The notes beneath the pieces were generated by a model. The model worked only from the letters and a program-made list of their open reading frames with translations, searched no databases and was not told the DNA's origin. Below, piece after piece: positions 24,975-37,935 of a stretch of DNA of 64,000 nucleotides; the first letter of the stretch is position 1, and each line of letters opens with the position of its first letter. The DNA is from Amoebidium appalachense. Taxonomy: Eukaryota; Protista; Ichthyosporea. The translations under genes and the position numbers were made by a program. Where the stretch lies: NCBI GenBank assembly GCA_963693365.1, contig CAVNZM010000001.1:1814907-1878906 (forward strand), read 5' to 3'.

Positions 24975-27195
24975 CAGGGCCCCGGGGGGAGAGTAGGGCA
25001 GCTGGGCCCGAGTGAGGGGCAGGGAGGGCAGCGGGGCCTGTGCAGGGGTTGCCCGGGGGGAGGAAGAGAGGGAGAAGGGGGGGGGAGGCGAGGGGGGGGG
25101 AGAAAAGAGGAAAAAGGGAATTATTCGACCGCGCGGGCGCCGTAGTTGGCCTGCGAAATTGTACTCAGCCATATTGGCCCGTTCTCCCGAGCTCCGTTTC
25201 CCTGTACTCGGTGTCCTAGCTCCTAACCCCTATGTTCTAGGGCGCGAGATAGGATGTGCTTGCAGTCTTTGGGGGGTGTGCCAGAGCAGAGCGGGCCACG
25301 GGGAGAAGGCAGGCTGCTAGCGCAGGACCGACCGTAAGAAATCCTGCAGTGCGTCGCGGGAGATCCACGGGTCGGGCCGGGGCCGGGCCGGGTTGCGGGC
25401 CAGGGCGGAGGGGGTGACCCCCGCCGGGTGGGGCGGCTAAAGCCGTCAAGACCACAGCCGGGCTTGGGGTAGGAGGCCGCGCTGGGGTGGTCGGGGAAGC
25501 CAGCGCTGACAGCGTCCGGGAGAGCAGAGGGTGGCAGGAGGAGATCCTGGGAGTGGGCGAGCAGGTGGGGCACTGAGGAGCCCGACCCTGGTGGGCAAGG
25601 GGCGTATACGTCAAGGACGGGCCCAGGTACAAAATGGGGGCGGCCAGGAAGCGACAAGAAGACCAGGGACGCCGGTCGGGGGACGAGGGGAGCCCCCCGC
25701 GGGGGCAGGACGGCCCAAAAAGAGGAAAAAAAGAGGAGAGGGAGGAGGAGGGGGGAGGGAGAGAGGAAAAAAAAAAAAAAAAATAAAAAAAGGGAAGGGG
25801 GGAGGGGGAGGGGGGGACGAGGCCCCCCCCCCCCCCCCCCCCACCCCCCCCCCCCCCCCCCCCGAGAGAAGGGCACCGCAGTGGACAAAAAAAAGGGCAA
25901 GGCAGGCAGACGGGGGCCCGCCCCCCGGCACCCTTCCCCCGATCAACTTTACGTGTTCTCGTTATTACACCCCCCCGTTTCTACTTATTGTTTCTTGGAC
26001 GGTAACTGTTATTTTGTGTGGGTAAACGGAGAAGCAGAGAGCACAGATGGGTGTTATGTAAAACACAACACAAAGACACACGGGAAAAACACAACCGGAG
26101 AGGAGGAACGATTTCTGGAACCATAGGAAGTGAATACGACTGCTTATGATTTATTTCAAGATGAGGTCCCTTTTATACTTGGGAATGTGAAACGATAAAC
26201 CAATCAAAAGAATGAAAACTATGAGTGTAAAATATATCGAATAAAATGTCTGTCGACATTTAGAATATAAAACTCAATCCTCTAATGAAAGAAACTTCTA
26301 ATAAAAGCACGGAAACATTTAATAAAATGAAACCACTTATGTAACTATTAATTCATAACATATATTTATACATGTTCTTATCATAACACGTCTAAATATA
26401 ATTATTCCTAATAGTTGAAGAACATAGCACAATGCTACGTCGTGGGAAAGGAATGAGAAAGGAATGTAAGTTACTATATTTGGGAAAATACAAACGAGAT
26501 ATGATTGGATGACATATATAGATTTTGACGCAAACGACAATACGTGTGCGCGAGCTAAGTATGTCGATACGTACACAGATCTAAGATGTCGTGTACACGG
26601 AAACGGAAAAGAAAGAAAGAAATGAAGAAAGGAAAAGGAAACAAACTACAACAACTAATAAATAAATACCAAACTCAACTTCTAAGTCTTGCTGAGAATT
26701 AAGTGAAGATGACATCCCCACTCAAGGGTTGGAAGTTGGGTTCTCGTGAAGTTTGTTGATGTGACTGTTGATGTTAAGACTTTCACACATGTAGAAGTAG
26801 GTGCCGTGAAGTCACAGTCAAGTTTCCCCACTCGAGAAGACAATGGAGAAGACTTGAAGGTGCAAGCCGGGGAAGAAAACCAAAACGGAAGAAGCACACA
26901 ACGACGGTTGCCTCTGAAGACTCGGAAGATGACGGTAGCCAATGACGTGATATATAAATATATATAGAAGAAACAACTAGTGTATGTGTGACGTGTTGGT
27001 GGCTAATGATAAATACATTATATATATGGTGGTATATAAATAAACGACGGATGGTGGAGAAGAAATCCCCACTGAAGATGCACACACTGAAGATCGATGA
27101 AGACAGCAGTAGACTTTCGTTGGGAGGTGTCTCTACACGGTGATGTGTAGACCACTGGCCAGGGCCCCAACCTACTTGAAGACCACTGTAGATGA

Positions 27196-27227
<32 letters not shown>

Positions 27228-27249
27228 AGGGGGGGGGGGGGGGGCACAC

Positions 27250-27985
27250 TCAGTCACGAAGACTGAGTGAATCACGGTGTTGCTCGTGGGAGGGCCCGGG
27301 CAGGGGCTTGGTGAAGATGTCAGCCACGTTGTCTTTGCTGGACACGTAGGTGACGACCACATCCCCACTCTTGATGTAGTCCTTCGTGTTGTGGTAACGG
27401 ACTGCAATGTGTTTGGTCCGGTGCTTGATGCTGTTGGTGTGCAGGAGGGCAATGGTGGACTGGTTGTCACAGTAGACGGGGGTGGGGTCGGTCATCGGGT
27501 AGCCGAGTTCACGGAGGAGATCACGGTGCCAGATGACGTTTTGAACAGCAGCATTGATGGCCAGAAGCTCAGCCTCGGTGGTGGATGTTGCCGTGATGGA
27601 CTGCAGCTTCGAATACCATGTGATGGGTATGCCCTTGAAGAAGATGACGTATCCGGTGGTTGAACGACGGGTGTTGGGGCAGTTGGCAAAGTCAGCATCA
27701 GAATAACACTCCAGCAAGGGGGTGTTGTCGTCGGAAGCAGACTTGTCGTAGTGAAGGCCGAGGTTGGAAGTGCCGATGAGGTACCGAACTACACGGAGTA
27801 GACATTCCCATGCAAGTTTGGTGGGGTTGGCACTGAATCTACCGAGGTAGCCGATGGCAAAGGAGATGTCGGGCCGGGAACAACGAGCAACCCACAAAAG
27901 ACGGCCGAGTAGTTCACGGTAGGGAACTTGATGGGGTGAGTCGTTCTCGTTGATGGTGATGACGGTGCCGACGGGAATGGGAGTA
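27250..27985 (-). pseudogene. Copia-B RT C-terminus and RNase H
   Basis: YRELLGRLLW, YSDADFA, TEAE, CDNQS, ADIFTK; the YVDD-containing middle of RT is missing or garbled at ~27985-28170. Confidence 0.85.
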
Positions 27986-27998
27986 CTTGGGGTGAGAG

Positions 27999-30900
27999 TT
28001 AGTTGAAGTTTGAGATGATTAGGATTGAAGCAGCTTGAGGTGACCGGGGGGGGATGACTGGGTGCAGGAAGAGGGAAGAAAGAAGATGTGTGGGAGAGAG
28101 ACGTCGTCCACAAGTTGCAGTGAGGAGAGTACGGAGAGAGGGAGGAGACAGACCGTGAGCAGGAGGACTGTCGAAGTACTCATACCAGGCCAGTGATGCT
28201 TGCTTGAGCCCGTAGAGTGCCTTCTTAAGTTTCCAGACCTTGTGTTCGTTGCCGGGGGTGATGAAGCCAGGTGGTGGCTCAATGTAGATGTCTTCTTGAA
28301 GAGGACTGTTGAGGAAGGCAGTTGAGACGTCGAGTTGATGAATCTCATGGTTGCCGTCCACACCGATGGCAAGGAGGGCACGGACGGAGGAGGACATCAC
28401 CACGGGGGAAGAGGTGTCACCGTAGTCAACACCGTAGACTTGAGTGAAGCCCTTTGCAACACCACGAGCTTTGATCTTGGTGTCACCGGCTGAGTTGAGG
28501 ACTTTCTCAGTCACAATCCACTTGAACTTGATGATGTTGGCACCAGGGGGGGGATCAACAATGGTGAAGACATCCTTGGTGATGAAGGCTTGGTACTCGG
28601 AGGTGAGGGCAGCTATGACGGCATCACCGTTGGGACCGTTGCAAAGCTTTTGAATGCCCTTGGGGAGCTGGTCAATGTTGATGGTCGGTGCTACGATGCT
28701 GACCAGTGCCGTTGGAGTCTTGGTGAGACGTGTAGACCGACGAAGGTTGGGCTTGGGGGGGTCCTTGAGGGGGGTGGTGGCCGGGTAGGTGGTGGAGGCC
28801 GGGATAGGGGCATGGAAGCCAGGAATAGGACCGGTGGTGAGGGGGGCATCGGTGTCCACAGGGCTGCTCGTGGCCGAGTGGAAGGTGGGGGACCCAGGAC
28901 GAACCGGAGTCATGTAGCCGGGTTGATGCACAGCAACGGGGGGGGCCGGCAGCAAGGGTTGTTGGCCAGTGGGGGGGGGGCTCGGGGGAGGCACGGGTTC
29001 AACCGGGGCTGGTTGGTTGTGCCAGGACGGTTGGGAGATGACCACAGACGGAGTTTCATCGTCGTCGTCGGAGGGGGGGTCCAATGTCGGCAGATCGGGT
29101 TTGGGGGGAACGGAGACCTGATTGGTGCTGCCCGTGAATTTCGACTCGTCGAAGATCACATCACGGCAGATCTTGATTTGGTTGCTGGCAAGGTCGAGGA
29201 TCTTGTGTGCCTTGGAGGGTAGGTCCCAGCCGACGTAGGTGCCGACTCTGACGGTTGATGCCAGCTTGTTCCTCTTTGACCGGGGAACATGGACATAGGC
29301 AGGGGAGCCGAACACGTGGAGCTGGGAGACGTCGGGTTTGAAGCCGTGGAAGGCCTCGAAGGGAGTGTTGCCGTTGGCAGCAGATGACGGTGTGACGTTG
29401 ATGATGTAGCTTGTATGCTTGAGAGCAGCAACCCACAACTTGGGAGAGAGAGGTTGGTCCTTGTCGGCATGGAGGAAGCAACGGACTGTCTCTTGCAGTT
29501 CTCTCATCTTCCGTTCAACAACACCATTGTGTTGTGGTGTGTCGACGGGGGCAAACTCCATGATGATGCCTTTCTGCTTGCAGTAGGCCTCGGTGTCCTT
29601 GGAGGTGAACTCAGAGCCGGAGTCAAACCGAAGATGGGTGACGATCTCAGGTGTCTGACGTTCGATGGTTTCAACGAGAGACTGAATGTGGCTGAGGGTT
29701 TCACCACGGTTGTAAAGGGGGAACACGGTGGTGTAACCGGTGGCATCACAAACACACACCAGAGCAACCTTGTAGCCTCCGTAGGAAGCACAGGGAGCTT
29801 CGAAGAAGTCCAGGTGCCACTTAGCACCGGGAATGGTGAACTTGGAACGGGTGCCGGGAAAGGGGGCCTTGGTGGTCTTGCCAGACATGCAGCCGAAGCA
29901 GTCACTGTTGTCGGGTGACTTGAGGGAGGGGGGCATGCCGATGACAAGCTCATCCTTGGCCATCCTGGTGACGGTGGAGAGGGCACGGTGGCCGAGACGG
30001 TTGTGCCAAAGGGTGAGGTCGTCGGGTGGTTGAGTCCTTGCTGTGTAGGCTTGGACCCCCGGGTGTTTAGGAGTCTCAATCACATAGTCAGTGATGTAGT
30101 AGAGACCGTCGAGGGGGGTGAGATCTGTAATAATGTCACCATTACGGCTGTAGAGGAACGACGGGTGGTTGTCTGTATCGTCACAATGACCTAGGAGGCC
30201 GGCAGCTGATGCCATGGAGGTAGACACGAGGAAAGACGGTGCCTCGGGTACGTAGTAAGCATTGATGCTGCACGGTGTTGGGTGGCCGTTGTAGTGCAGT
30301 GTCATGTTGATGATGCCACGTTGTTTGGCATTGACTGTGCCGAGGCCGTGAATGGGGGTGGGAGGACACGGGGTAAGGGAGGAGAAATACTCCTTGATGG
30401 GGCAGATGTGTGCATTACAAGCACTGTCCCAGACGGGGTCGTTACTGTCAGGTGTGCCGGTGGAGGAGATGAGTGCAAATTTCACACTCTTGTCACCTTT
30501 CTCCTGCTTGGCACGACGAGCAACTGTGCAGCCAGGCTCCGGGCATGCTGTGATGTGGTGGGGCTCATGGCAGTAGGAACACTTCACACTGTTGGTGTTG
30601 TGCTGTCGGTTACGGTTGTCCCTGTTACCACGGTGGTAAGGGGAAGTTGAACGGGGGCCGGGTGACTTGGAGGGAGGACGAGGATCACGGGAACGGGACG
30701 GGGAACGGTGAGGTGTATGCTCACGTCGAGGAATACGGTTACGGAGGTCACCGGGGGGAAGCACTCTGCTCTGGAGTGCACGGAGGGGACGGTTGTTGAC
30801 GGTTGCACCTGTGCCTGCGTCGATGAGGCCGGCACGGATTTCAGCTCCTCGGATGTCACTGATGAGCATGTTGAAGGACGGGTAGGCCTTGTTGTTCATC

Positions 30901-31481
30901 CAGTAGTCGGAGCAGAGACGTTCAATGTCGGGGCAGACCAGGGCTGTGTTCTTCCGGATGTGGAGGAAGAACTTACGTACGACATCCTTGTGCTGGACGG
31001 GTTCGTCGAGGCAGGCAAGTGTCGTAGCCAGACGTTGGAGACGGGTGAGGTATGCTGTGACGTTGGGGTAGTCTCGTAGTTCAAGCTCCTCGAAGGTGAC
31101 TTGAATCTGGGTGACTCGGGCCTCCTTCTCTGCTACATACGCCATACGTAGGTTGTGGAAGACTTCACCACCGTGGACACCGTCTTGCATCCGGCCGGAG
31201 TCGTAGAGCTCGGTCGGGTGGACGGACTGGTTGAGGATCTGGTCGAGGACGTCGGAAGCTTTCTTGTAGGAGTCCTTGGTGGTGTAGCCTAGCCACTGGT
31301 TGGCTTCAGCGCCGTCAACCCACTGTGGCCTCTTGATAGCGTCAACGAATTTCTCGGCAATGGTGGTTCTAATGAACCGGTGAATGAGTGGCTCCCACTC
31401 GAAATAATTAAGACGTTTCTCGTCTCGTTTCTCGGACGGATTCCATATTGGAAGGTTGATATACGACGGTTTGTCAGTCAT
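27999..31481 (-). CDS. Copia-B Gag-PR-IN-RT(N) polyprotein in a single frame
   Basis: CSYCHEPHHITAC, WDSAC, WHNRLGH, DSGSEF, NGVVER, continuous into LKKALYGLKQA. Confidence 0.9.
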   Translation of the reverse strand: MTDKPSYINLPIWNPSEKRDEKRLNYFEWEPLIHRFIRTTIAEKFVDAIKRPQWVDGAEANQWLGYTTKDSYKKASDVLDQILNQSVHPTELYDSGRMQDGVHGGEVFHNLRMAYVAEKEARVTQIQVTFEELELRDYPNVTAYLTRLQRLATTLACLDEPVQHKDVVRKFFLHIRKNTALVCPDIERLCSDYWMNNKAYPSFNMLISDIRGAEIRAGLIDAGTGATVNNRPLRALQSRVLPPGDLRNRIPRREHTPHRSPSRSRDPRPPSKSPGPRSTSPYHRGNRDNRNRQHNTNSVKCSYCHEPHHITACPEPGCTVARRAKQEKGDKSVKFALISSTGTPDSNDPVWDSACNAHICPIKEYFSSLTPCPPTPIHGLGTVNAKQRGIINMTLHYNGHPTPCSINAYYVPEAPSFLVSTSMASAAGLLGHCDDTDNHPSFLYSRNGDIITDLTPLDGLYYITDYVIETPKHPGVQAYTARTQPPDDLTLWHNRLGHRALSTVTRMAKDELVIGMPPSLKSPDNSDCFGCMSGKTTKAPFPGTRSKFTIPGAKWHLDFFEAPCASYGGYKVALVCVCDATGYTTVFPLYNRGETLSHIQSLVETIERQTPEIVTHLRFDSGSEFTSKDTEAYCKQKGIIMEFAPVDTPQHNGVVERKMRELQETVRCFLHADKDQPLSPKLWVAALKHTSYIINVTPSSAANGNTPFEAFHGFKPDVSQLHVFGSPAYVHVPRSKRNKLASTVRVGTYVGWDLPSKAHKILDLASNQIKICRDVIFDESKFTGSTNQVSVPPKPDLPTLDPPSDDDDETPSVVISQPSWHNQPAPVEPVPPPSPPPTGQQPLLPAPPVAVHQPGYMTPVRPGSPTFHSATSSPVDTDAPLTTGPIPGFHAPIPASTTYPATTPLKDPPKPNLRRSTRLTKTPTALVSIVAPTINIDQLPKGIQKLCNGPNGDAVIAALTSEYQAFITKDVFTIVDPPPGANIIKFKWIVTEKVLNSAGDTKIKARGVAKGFTQVYGVDYGDTSSPVVMSSSVRALLAIGVDGNHEIHQLDVSTAFLNSPLQEDIYIEPPPGFITPGNEHKVWKLKKALYGLKQASLAWYEYFDSPPAHGLSPPSLRTLLTATCGRRLSPTHLLSSLFLHPVIPPRSPQAASILIISNFN

Positions 31482-32479
31482 GATTGAAGCAGTAAGACTG
31501 AGAGATTTTCGCGGTTGTAGCGAGATTGTGTGTTAGCGTGCAAAGGGGCCGTAAACCTGTTATTTTGTGTGGGTAAACGGAGAAGCAGAGAGCACAGATG
31601 GGTGTTATGTAAAACACAACACAAAGACACACGGGAAAAACACAACCGGAGAGGAGGAACGATTTCTGGAACCATAGGAAGTGAATACGACTGCTTATGA
31701 TTTATTTCAAGATGAGGTCCCTTTTATACTTGGGAATGTGAAACGATAAACCAATCAAAAGAATGAAAACTATGAGTGTAAAATATATCGAATAAAATGT
31801 CTGTCGACATTTAGAATATAAAACTCAATCCTCTAATGAAAGAAACTTCTAATAAAAACACGGAAACATTTAATAAAATGAAACCACTTATGTAACTATT
31901 AATTCATAACATATATTTATACATGTTCTTATCATAACACGCTAAATATAATTATTCCTAATAGTTGAAGAACATAGCACAATGCTACGTCGTGGGAAAG
32001 GAATGAGAAAGGAATAAGTATATATGGGAAAAACAAACGAAATATTGATGAAATAAATTTGACGCAAACGACAAACGTGTGCGCGACAAAGCGATACGAC
32101 ACAGACTAAGATTCGTGTACACGGAAACGGAAAAGAAAGAAAGAAATGAAGAAAGGAAAAGGAAACAAACTACAACAACTAATAAATAAATACCAAACTC
32201 AACTTCTAAGTCTGCGAGAATAAGAAGATGACAAAAAGAAGAAAAAAAAAAAAAAAAAAAAAATAACAAAAAAAACACTAAACACACCATAAAAATAATC
32301 ACCAAACAGAACAATTCTTAACCATTAAAAGTGTGAATTGTGACAGACTACGGAGTGCGCTGTAAGTGCATGACCAATAAAATTAAGGAAGCAGCGTTCC
32401 AAATCGAGCGAACTGTAAAATGTTAAAATAAAGTATTGGGAGAAAGCAGAGAAAGTGGGAGGGAAAACACCAAGAAAAA

Positions 32480-35400
32480 AAAAAAAGGGAGGAAAGAAAA
32501 GTAGAAGATAGAAAAAACCAGCCAAGAAAAGAAAGAAATAAGAAAACAGACCGGGGGAGGAAAATAGGAAACCAAAAAAAAAAGAAGAGAAAAAGAAAAA
32601 AAGAAAAGAGAGAAAGAAAAGAAAATAAGGAAGGAGAAAGAGGAAGGAAAAGAGAGGAAAAGAAGCAAAGCATAATAAACAGAGATATTTAGTACACCGA
32701 AGTACACGTCTCCCCCTGAGTGGGTGGATCCGTGTACACACATATAAATATCTAATCGATATTACACACAGAAAAGCCGAAAAAAAGTAAAAGCAATGGA
32801 GACGATGCTACACTACATAATAGGAGGGGCAGCAAGGAAAAAACACAACGAGAAGACCCAAGTACACGACAACATCCCCACTAAGACGAAGGGACACCCC
32901 ACGAATAAGAAACTCCCAGAGAAAGAGGAAAAAATAAAGGTCTCCGGGGGGGGGGGGGGGGGGGGGAGTATCGTGTATAGTGGTAAATGGAACCAGTGAA
33001 AAAGAAGGGTAAGGTCAAACATATAAAACCCTAAGTGGGCAACCCAAAAGGCAAAAATATAAAAAAGTAAGTAGTAAAGCACAGGGGAACGAACAGTCGG
33101 ACCAGTTGTCCGAGTGGTGGCGGGGTGGAGAAGGATATCGTCGGCAAGCAGCTAAAGGGGGTGGCAAGCCGGGCACGGACGCCACCGGGGATAGGCCGGG
33201 GTTGTGCGAACCGACCAGGAACCGAGCAGGCGGGACGGTGCACCGTGCCACCCAGAGGAGACGGCCGAGTAACTCACGGTAGGGCACGGTGAACGGTTGG
33301 GGGGGCAGTCAGCCAGGGAGACGGTGGTGCCTGCAGGGATGGGGGTAGATGGACTTGGCATGGGAGTGAACCAGATGTAAGACCTCTGTGCATGTGGAGG
33401 TGATGGGGGGTGATTAAAATCAACACCGAGCATACGGTCAAATGGACTCATACGACAGCTGGCCATCTTGCTGATGTGGGCAGCCAGGTCACTGGCAGCA
33501 GTAGAACCCCGGGTGTTGGTGATGGGGAGGGGTAGTTACCAGCCCGAACCACATCGTTGTTGGGGAAGAACCGGAGGTAGATGCACGGGTCGGTCTTAGT
33601 ACGGGTCAGGCCATGGGCAAGAAGAATGCCGTCGAGGAAGTCGTACCAAGCCTTGGAGGCTTGCTTGAGGCCGTACAGGGCTTTCTTGAGTCTCCAGACC
33701 TTGCCAAGTGTGGCCATGGTGATGAATCCCGGGGGTTGTTTCATGTAGATGGTCTCGGTGAGTGGGCTGTTGAGAAAGGCCGTAGACACCGAGTTGATGG
33801 ATGTCATGACCTTCAACAACGGCCAGAGCTAGGATGGCACGGAGAGCAGCCGGACGGAGACAGGGCTCTCAATCAACTCATAGTCAACACCATTCTGACT
33901 GAAGCCTGAGCAACACCACGTGCCTTGATCTTGGTGTCACCAGCCGATGAACCGGAACAACCACTTGAAGCCGACGAGTAGCACCAGGGGAGGCAAAGCA
34001 AAGATCGACAACGAACCAGCAGTCAGCGACACCTGGTCACCATTGGGTCCGAACCAGTTGACGGACAAGTTTGGGTAGGGTCGAGTGATGGGGGGACCGG
34101 GGGGACGGGAGGGTGGTGGTGCGAAGCCAACCTTGCCCTGTAGACGGGCAGCGGCAGGAACCGGGGGTGAGAGGGGGGGGAAGAGGGAAGGGGGCTCCGG
34201 GCTGGACGGGGCCGGGGAGGTCGGGGAGCCGGGCGGAGGGTGAGAGGAGGCAGGCGGAGGGGGGGGGGGGGGGGGGGGGAGGGGGCCACGACAAACACAT
34301 AGTAATTGGGGGGGATGATTGGGGGGAGAGATGGGGGGAGGGGGGGGGGAAGATGAGGGCGGGAAAGAACTAGGGGGATAGGAGAGCCAGCCAAGTTGGG
34401 AGGGAGGGAGGAGGAGGCGGACCTGGAGGAACCGCATCGCAAGCCGTTCAGTTGAGGGCAGTCCACCGGAGCATACTGGCCTTGATGCCCTGGGAGAGGC
34501 AAAAAGCACGGGTAGCCTTGGAGGTAACTCAGAGCCGGAGTCAAGGTAGACACCAATTTGGAGGGGGCAGGGGGCAGAGTTGTTGACGAGAATAGGGTGG
34601 GTACGTCGGCCAGGTAGATGACGACAGAGGCACGGCAGACAGTGACGGAGCAACCTTGGAACCTCCGTATGAGGTTGTGGTAGGCTCAAAAAAATCCCAA
34701 TGCCATTCATGACCGGGGATGTTGGAGTGAGGACGGTCACCCTTGAACGGAGCTATGGTGGTTTTACCCATAATGCAGCCATGACAATCAGGAACATCAC
34801 AGTCGAGGACAGAGGAGGGGAGACCAATAACAAGGTCGTGTTTCACCATGTCCTTGATGCTGGTCATAGCACGGTGCCCCAGACGATGGTGCCAGATGGA
34901 TGGGTTAACACTGGTAGTGGCAGCCAGAGCCACAGGACGAGTGGGTGGTTGAATGGTGTAGTCCTTGAAGTAATACAGACCGTTGTGTAGACGGAGGTTG
35001 ACGAGATGACGGCCGGTGAGTCGGTCGAAGAGGAATGACGGAGTGGAGGCATCGTTCAAATCACCCTTGATGTATTCGGCAGCAGCTTGGGATGTTGAAA
35101 TGAGGAAGGCTTGGCCAGACGGGGTGTAGTAGGCTTCAATGGTAAGGGTGGCAGTGCCATGGTCGGTGGTGGTGTTGATGACGATATGGCCGGTGTGAGT
35201 GGCCAAGACGGGGGTGCCATTGAAGGCAGCAACGGGAGTCGGTGTCGGAAGGGGAGTGAGGTCATGGAAGAACTCACGGGTGGGGCAGACAGTCATGTTG
35301 CACCCGGAATCCCAGGCAGGGTCGGAGGACACGGGGACGGAGCTAGCATTGTATGCCGAGAAAGCAAAGGAGACAGATTTCTCACTGCCTTGACGGGAAC

Positions 35401-37430
35401 GGTTGTGTCTGGACATACGGCATTTCGGCTCAGGGCAATCGATGATCGTGTGATCAGGCTCGTGGCAGTAGGAGCATTCTTTCACGGGCGGGGTGTTAGA
35501 ACGAGCCGGGGAATCAGAACGACGGGAACCCGAGAAACGGGAACGACTGGGGGAACGAGACGTGGACCGGAAGGCAGGCCGGTGGGGGGAACGGGATCGG
35601 GTGTGCTGACGGGAGAGACGAGTTCGGAGGTCCGTGCCAGGGGTACGGTCAAGGCGGTTGCGTAAGTCACGGCGAGGAAGATCACGGGGGGGAGCACTGG
35701 CATTTAATGCCATGCTGGACTTGGAGGCACGGTGGGCACGGTTGCTCCGGAGTTGCATCTTGAGGTCTTGACGTAACTCGATGCCCTTGACGTGGTTGTG
35801 GAGGGACTCGAAGTCGGGGAATAGCTTATCACCGAAGTGATAGTCTTCGATAAGACGGTTGAACTCAGGGGTGAGGTCGTCTCTGGTGGTGAGTTCATTG
35901 AAGAACTTCTCAGCTAGACGAGTGAAGTGAATGGACTCATCTTGGAGGGACTGGAGCTGGTTCACGATGGTCTGCAGACGACTCAGGTAGGTGGTGAATG
36001 ATTCACCGGGCTGAAGGGCACAGGCATCCCACTGACGGTGAAGGATGCGGATCTGATCGGGTTTGCCTTGGAGGTAGTGTTGACGGAATTTCCACATGGC
36101 CCGTTCAGGGTCCATGCCAATACGGTACTGGGCAACGGTGGTGAGGACGGAAGGGTCGATGTTCTGTATCATATGGAGCAGGAGGCAATTGCGGGCCTCC
36201 TTGAGTTCCGCGGTAGTGCCGTAGCCATAGAAGGGGGGTTCACCGTCAACCGCGACGGTGGTAGGGGGGACGTAGTTGTCAGCAAGTACAACATCCACGA
36301 GTCGGACACCTTTAGTGCCGGTCATCATGCCGAGAAAAATGATTTCCCATTGAAAATAGGTGGTTTTGCTATCGGGACCAGTCTTCCCTTCACCTTTCCA
36401 CATGGTGATTTTGTTTACGCCAGTTTTGTTTGGATCCATGATTGAAAAACGAGCGCTAGTTCTAGATGTGTGTAGGGAGCGTGCAAAAGGGCTGCATAAC
36501 CTGTTAAATTGTATAAGTATTTGGGATGTAAGCAGAGACACAGTGGTGCAGTGTGAAAACACCACAGACACACACAACAACAAAACACGGAACGATCGGA
36601 GCAGTGTACACAACAGACATCAATGTTTAGACACGACTGAACTGAATTTATTCTGATCTTCGAATAAATACCTGAAATTCCTCTAAGTCCAATCCATACA
36701 TGATTTCCGACCAGTCGGAAATCAGATCTATCTCTAATAGAAACCAATCACTAAGAACTAATTGCTTTCAGAGAGATCCGGTACGCGGAGACGCACACGA
36801 TAGGACACAGACACTAGTTAAGGTCAACTCGTGTCATCATCAAGGAAGTTCTAACCTATGACATACTGCAAAGACTCAGACATATCACACTTAACCTTGA
36901 TGATTGGTTAAAGCCCGGCAACACATGAAAACTAAAGTGAATTAATGAAGTCTAAACACACATGCTATTCTAAGTGTAGCCTAAGTGTGTTACCGTCCAA
37001 TGAACACGTATTAAGTAACACAAATCTACCTAACATATATTAGTAGAAAAGAAATACGATTATACACATGAGGACAAAGAGAGAAAGAAAGAGAAAATAA
37101 GGAAGGAGAAAGAGGAAAGGAAAAGAGAGCACAGATCAACAAACAAGATAGCAATATCATAACTATAACCAGAGATATTTATGTACACACGAACATGTAC
37201 ACGTCTCCCCCTGAGTGGGTGGATCCGTGTACACACATATAAATATTCTAATCGATATTACAACACACGATTAAAGCCGATACAAGACGATTACAAGTAT
37301 ACAAGCATATCGGAGATCGATGCTACACTTTACGTAATAGGAGTGTAGCTTTTACACTAAGCATATGAACTGAAACATAACACAAACTGAGAAGATCTTA
37401 CCATATATGTAAATACTACGTATTACAACA
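32480..37430 (-). mobile_element. Copia-A copy 3 (5' LTR 36502-37430, subtype A); IN/RT and 3' LTR heavily garbled, left boundary approximate
   Basis: Clean LTR, PBS and gag-PR; RT fragments at 33200-34130; PPT remnant at 32875. Confidence 0.85.
34541..36439 (-). pseudogene. Copia-A Gag-PR-IN(N) of copy 3
   Basis: Near-identical to the other copies until ~34650, then frameshifted. Confidence 0.85.
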
Positions 37431-37718
37431 ATAAAAGGCGGCAGTATCAGCCAGACCCCCCACCAGCCAGACGCCCCCCCCCCCCCCCGCCCCGGGCGCC
37501 CCACCGGGGGAGCCGGCGCGCCGGGGCCGCGACTCCCCAACATCGCTCGCCACAGAGGAAGCCTCCCCCGCCGCCTCCCGGCGGCGCCCCCGTGGCCGGA
37601 TCGACGTATCAGACCCTCTCAGAGCCCCTCTGTAAGCTCCGCCCTATAGGTGAGCGCCCCCCGCTATCCCCCCCCAATCTGTTTCTACTCTGCCCCCTCC
37701 CAGCCCCCCCCCCCCCCC

Positions 37719-37935
37719 TGTCGGTCCCTTGACTATTATATCTGTTTTCCCATGAATAATTCTGCAAGCTGCACGTGCACATATGTTTAACTTCTTGCTC
37801 ATGCGCACAAGACTGGGGGGAGACATGCATACTGGCCTACCTAAGATCAGACACAGTGGTATATATACATGTACACGTGTGCGTATATCTCAACCTGTGT
37901 ACATCCATACTAGATATCCGGTATAATATACCACA
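37719..37935 (-). repeat. Start of the 3' LTR of a chromodomain gypsy element (LTR-C), truncated
   Basis: Matches ~45843-46061; begins TGTGGTATATT on the minus strand. Confidence 0.85.

Larger units (their letters stand above)
14642..25650 (-). mobile_element. Ngaro-like tyrosine-recombinase retrotransposon interrupted by Copia-A copy 2; 5' boundary approximate
   Basis: 3' end B1(15213-15301)-A(14731-15212)-B2(14642-14730) with identical 89-bp B repeats; YR, RNaseH and RT domains in the expected order. Confidence 0.8.
26007..32233 (-). mobile_element. Copia-B retrotransposon (3' LTR 26007-26714; 5' LTR 31558-~32233)
   Basis: Paired LTRs, PPT GAGTGGGGA, PBS GGTTTACGGCCCC; distal end of 5' LTR degraded so TSD not confirmed. 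Confidence 0.92.

Noticed and set aside
31478-31675. Copia-B upstream ORF whose stop overlaps the gag start (ATGA)
   Set aside because: The diverged copy at 46207-46401 has an early TAA, so it is not conserved
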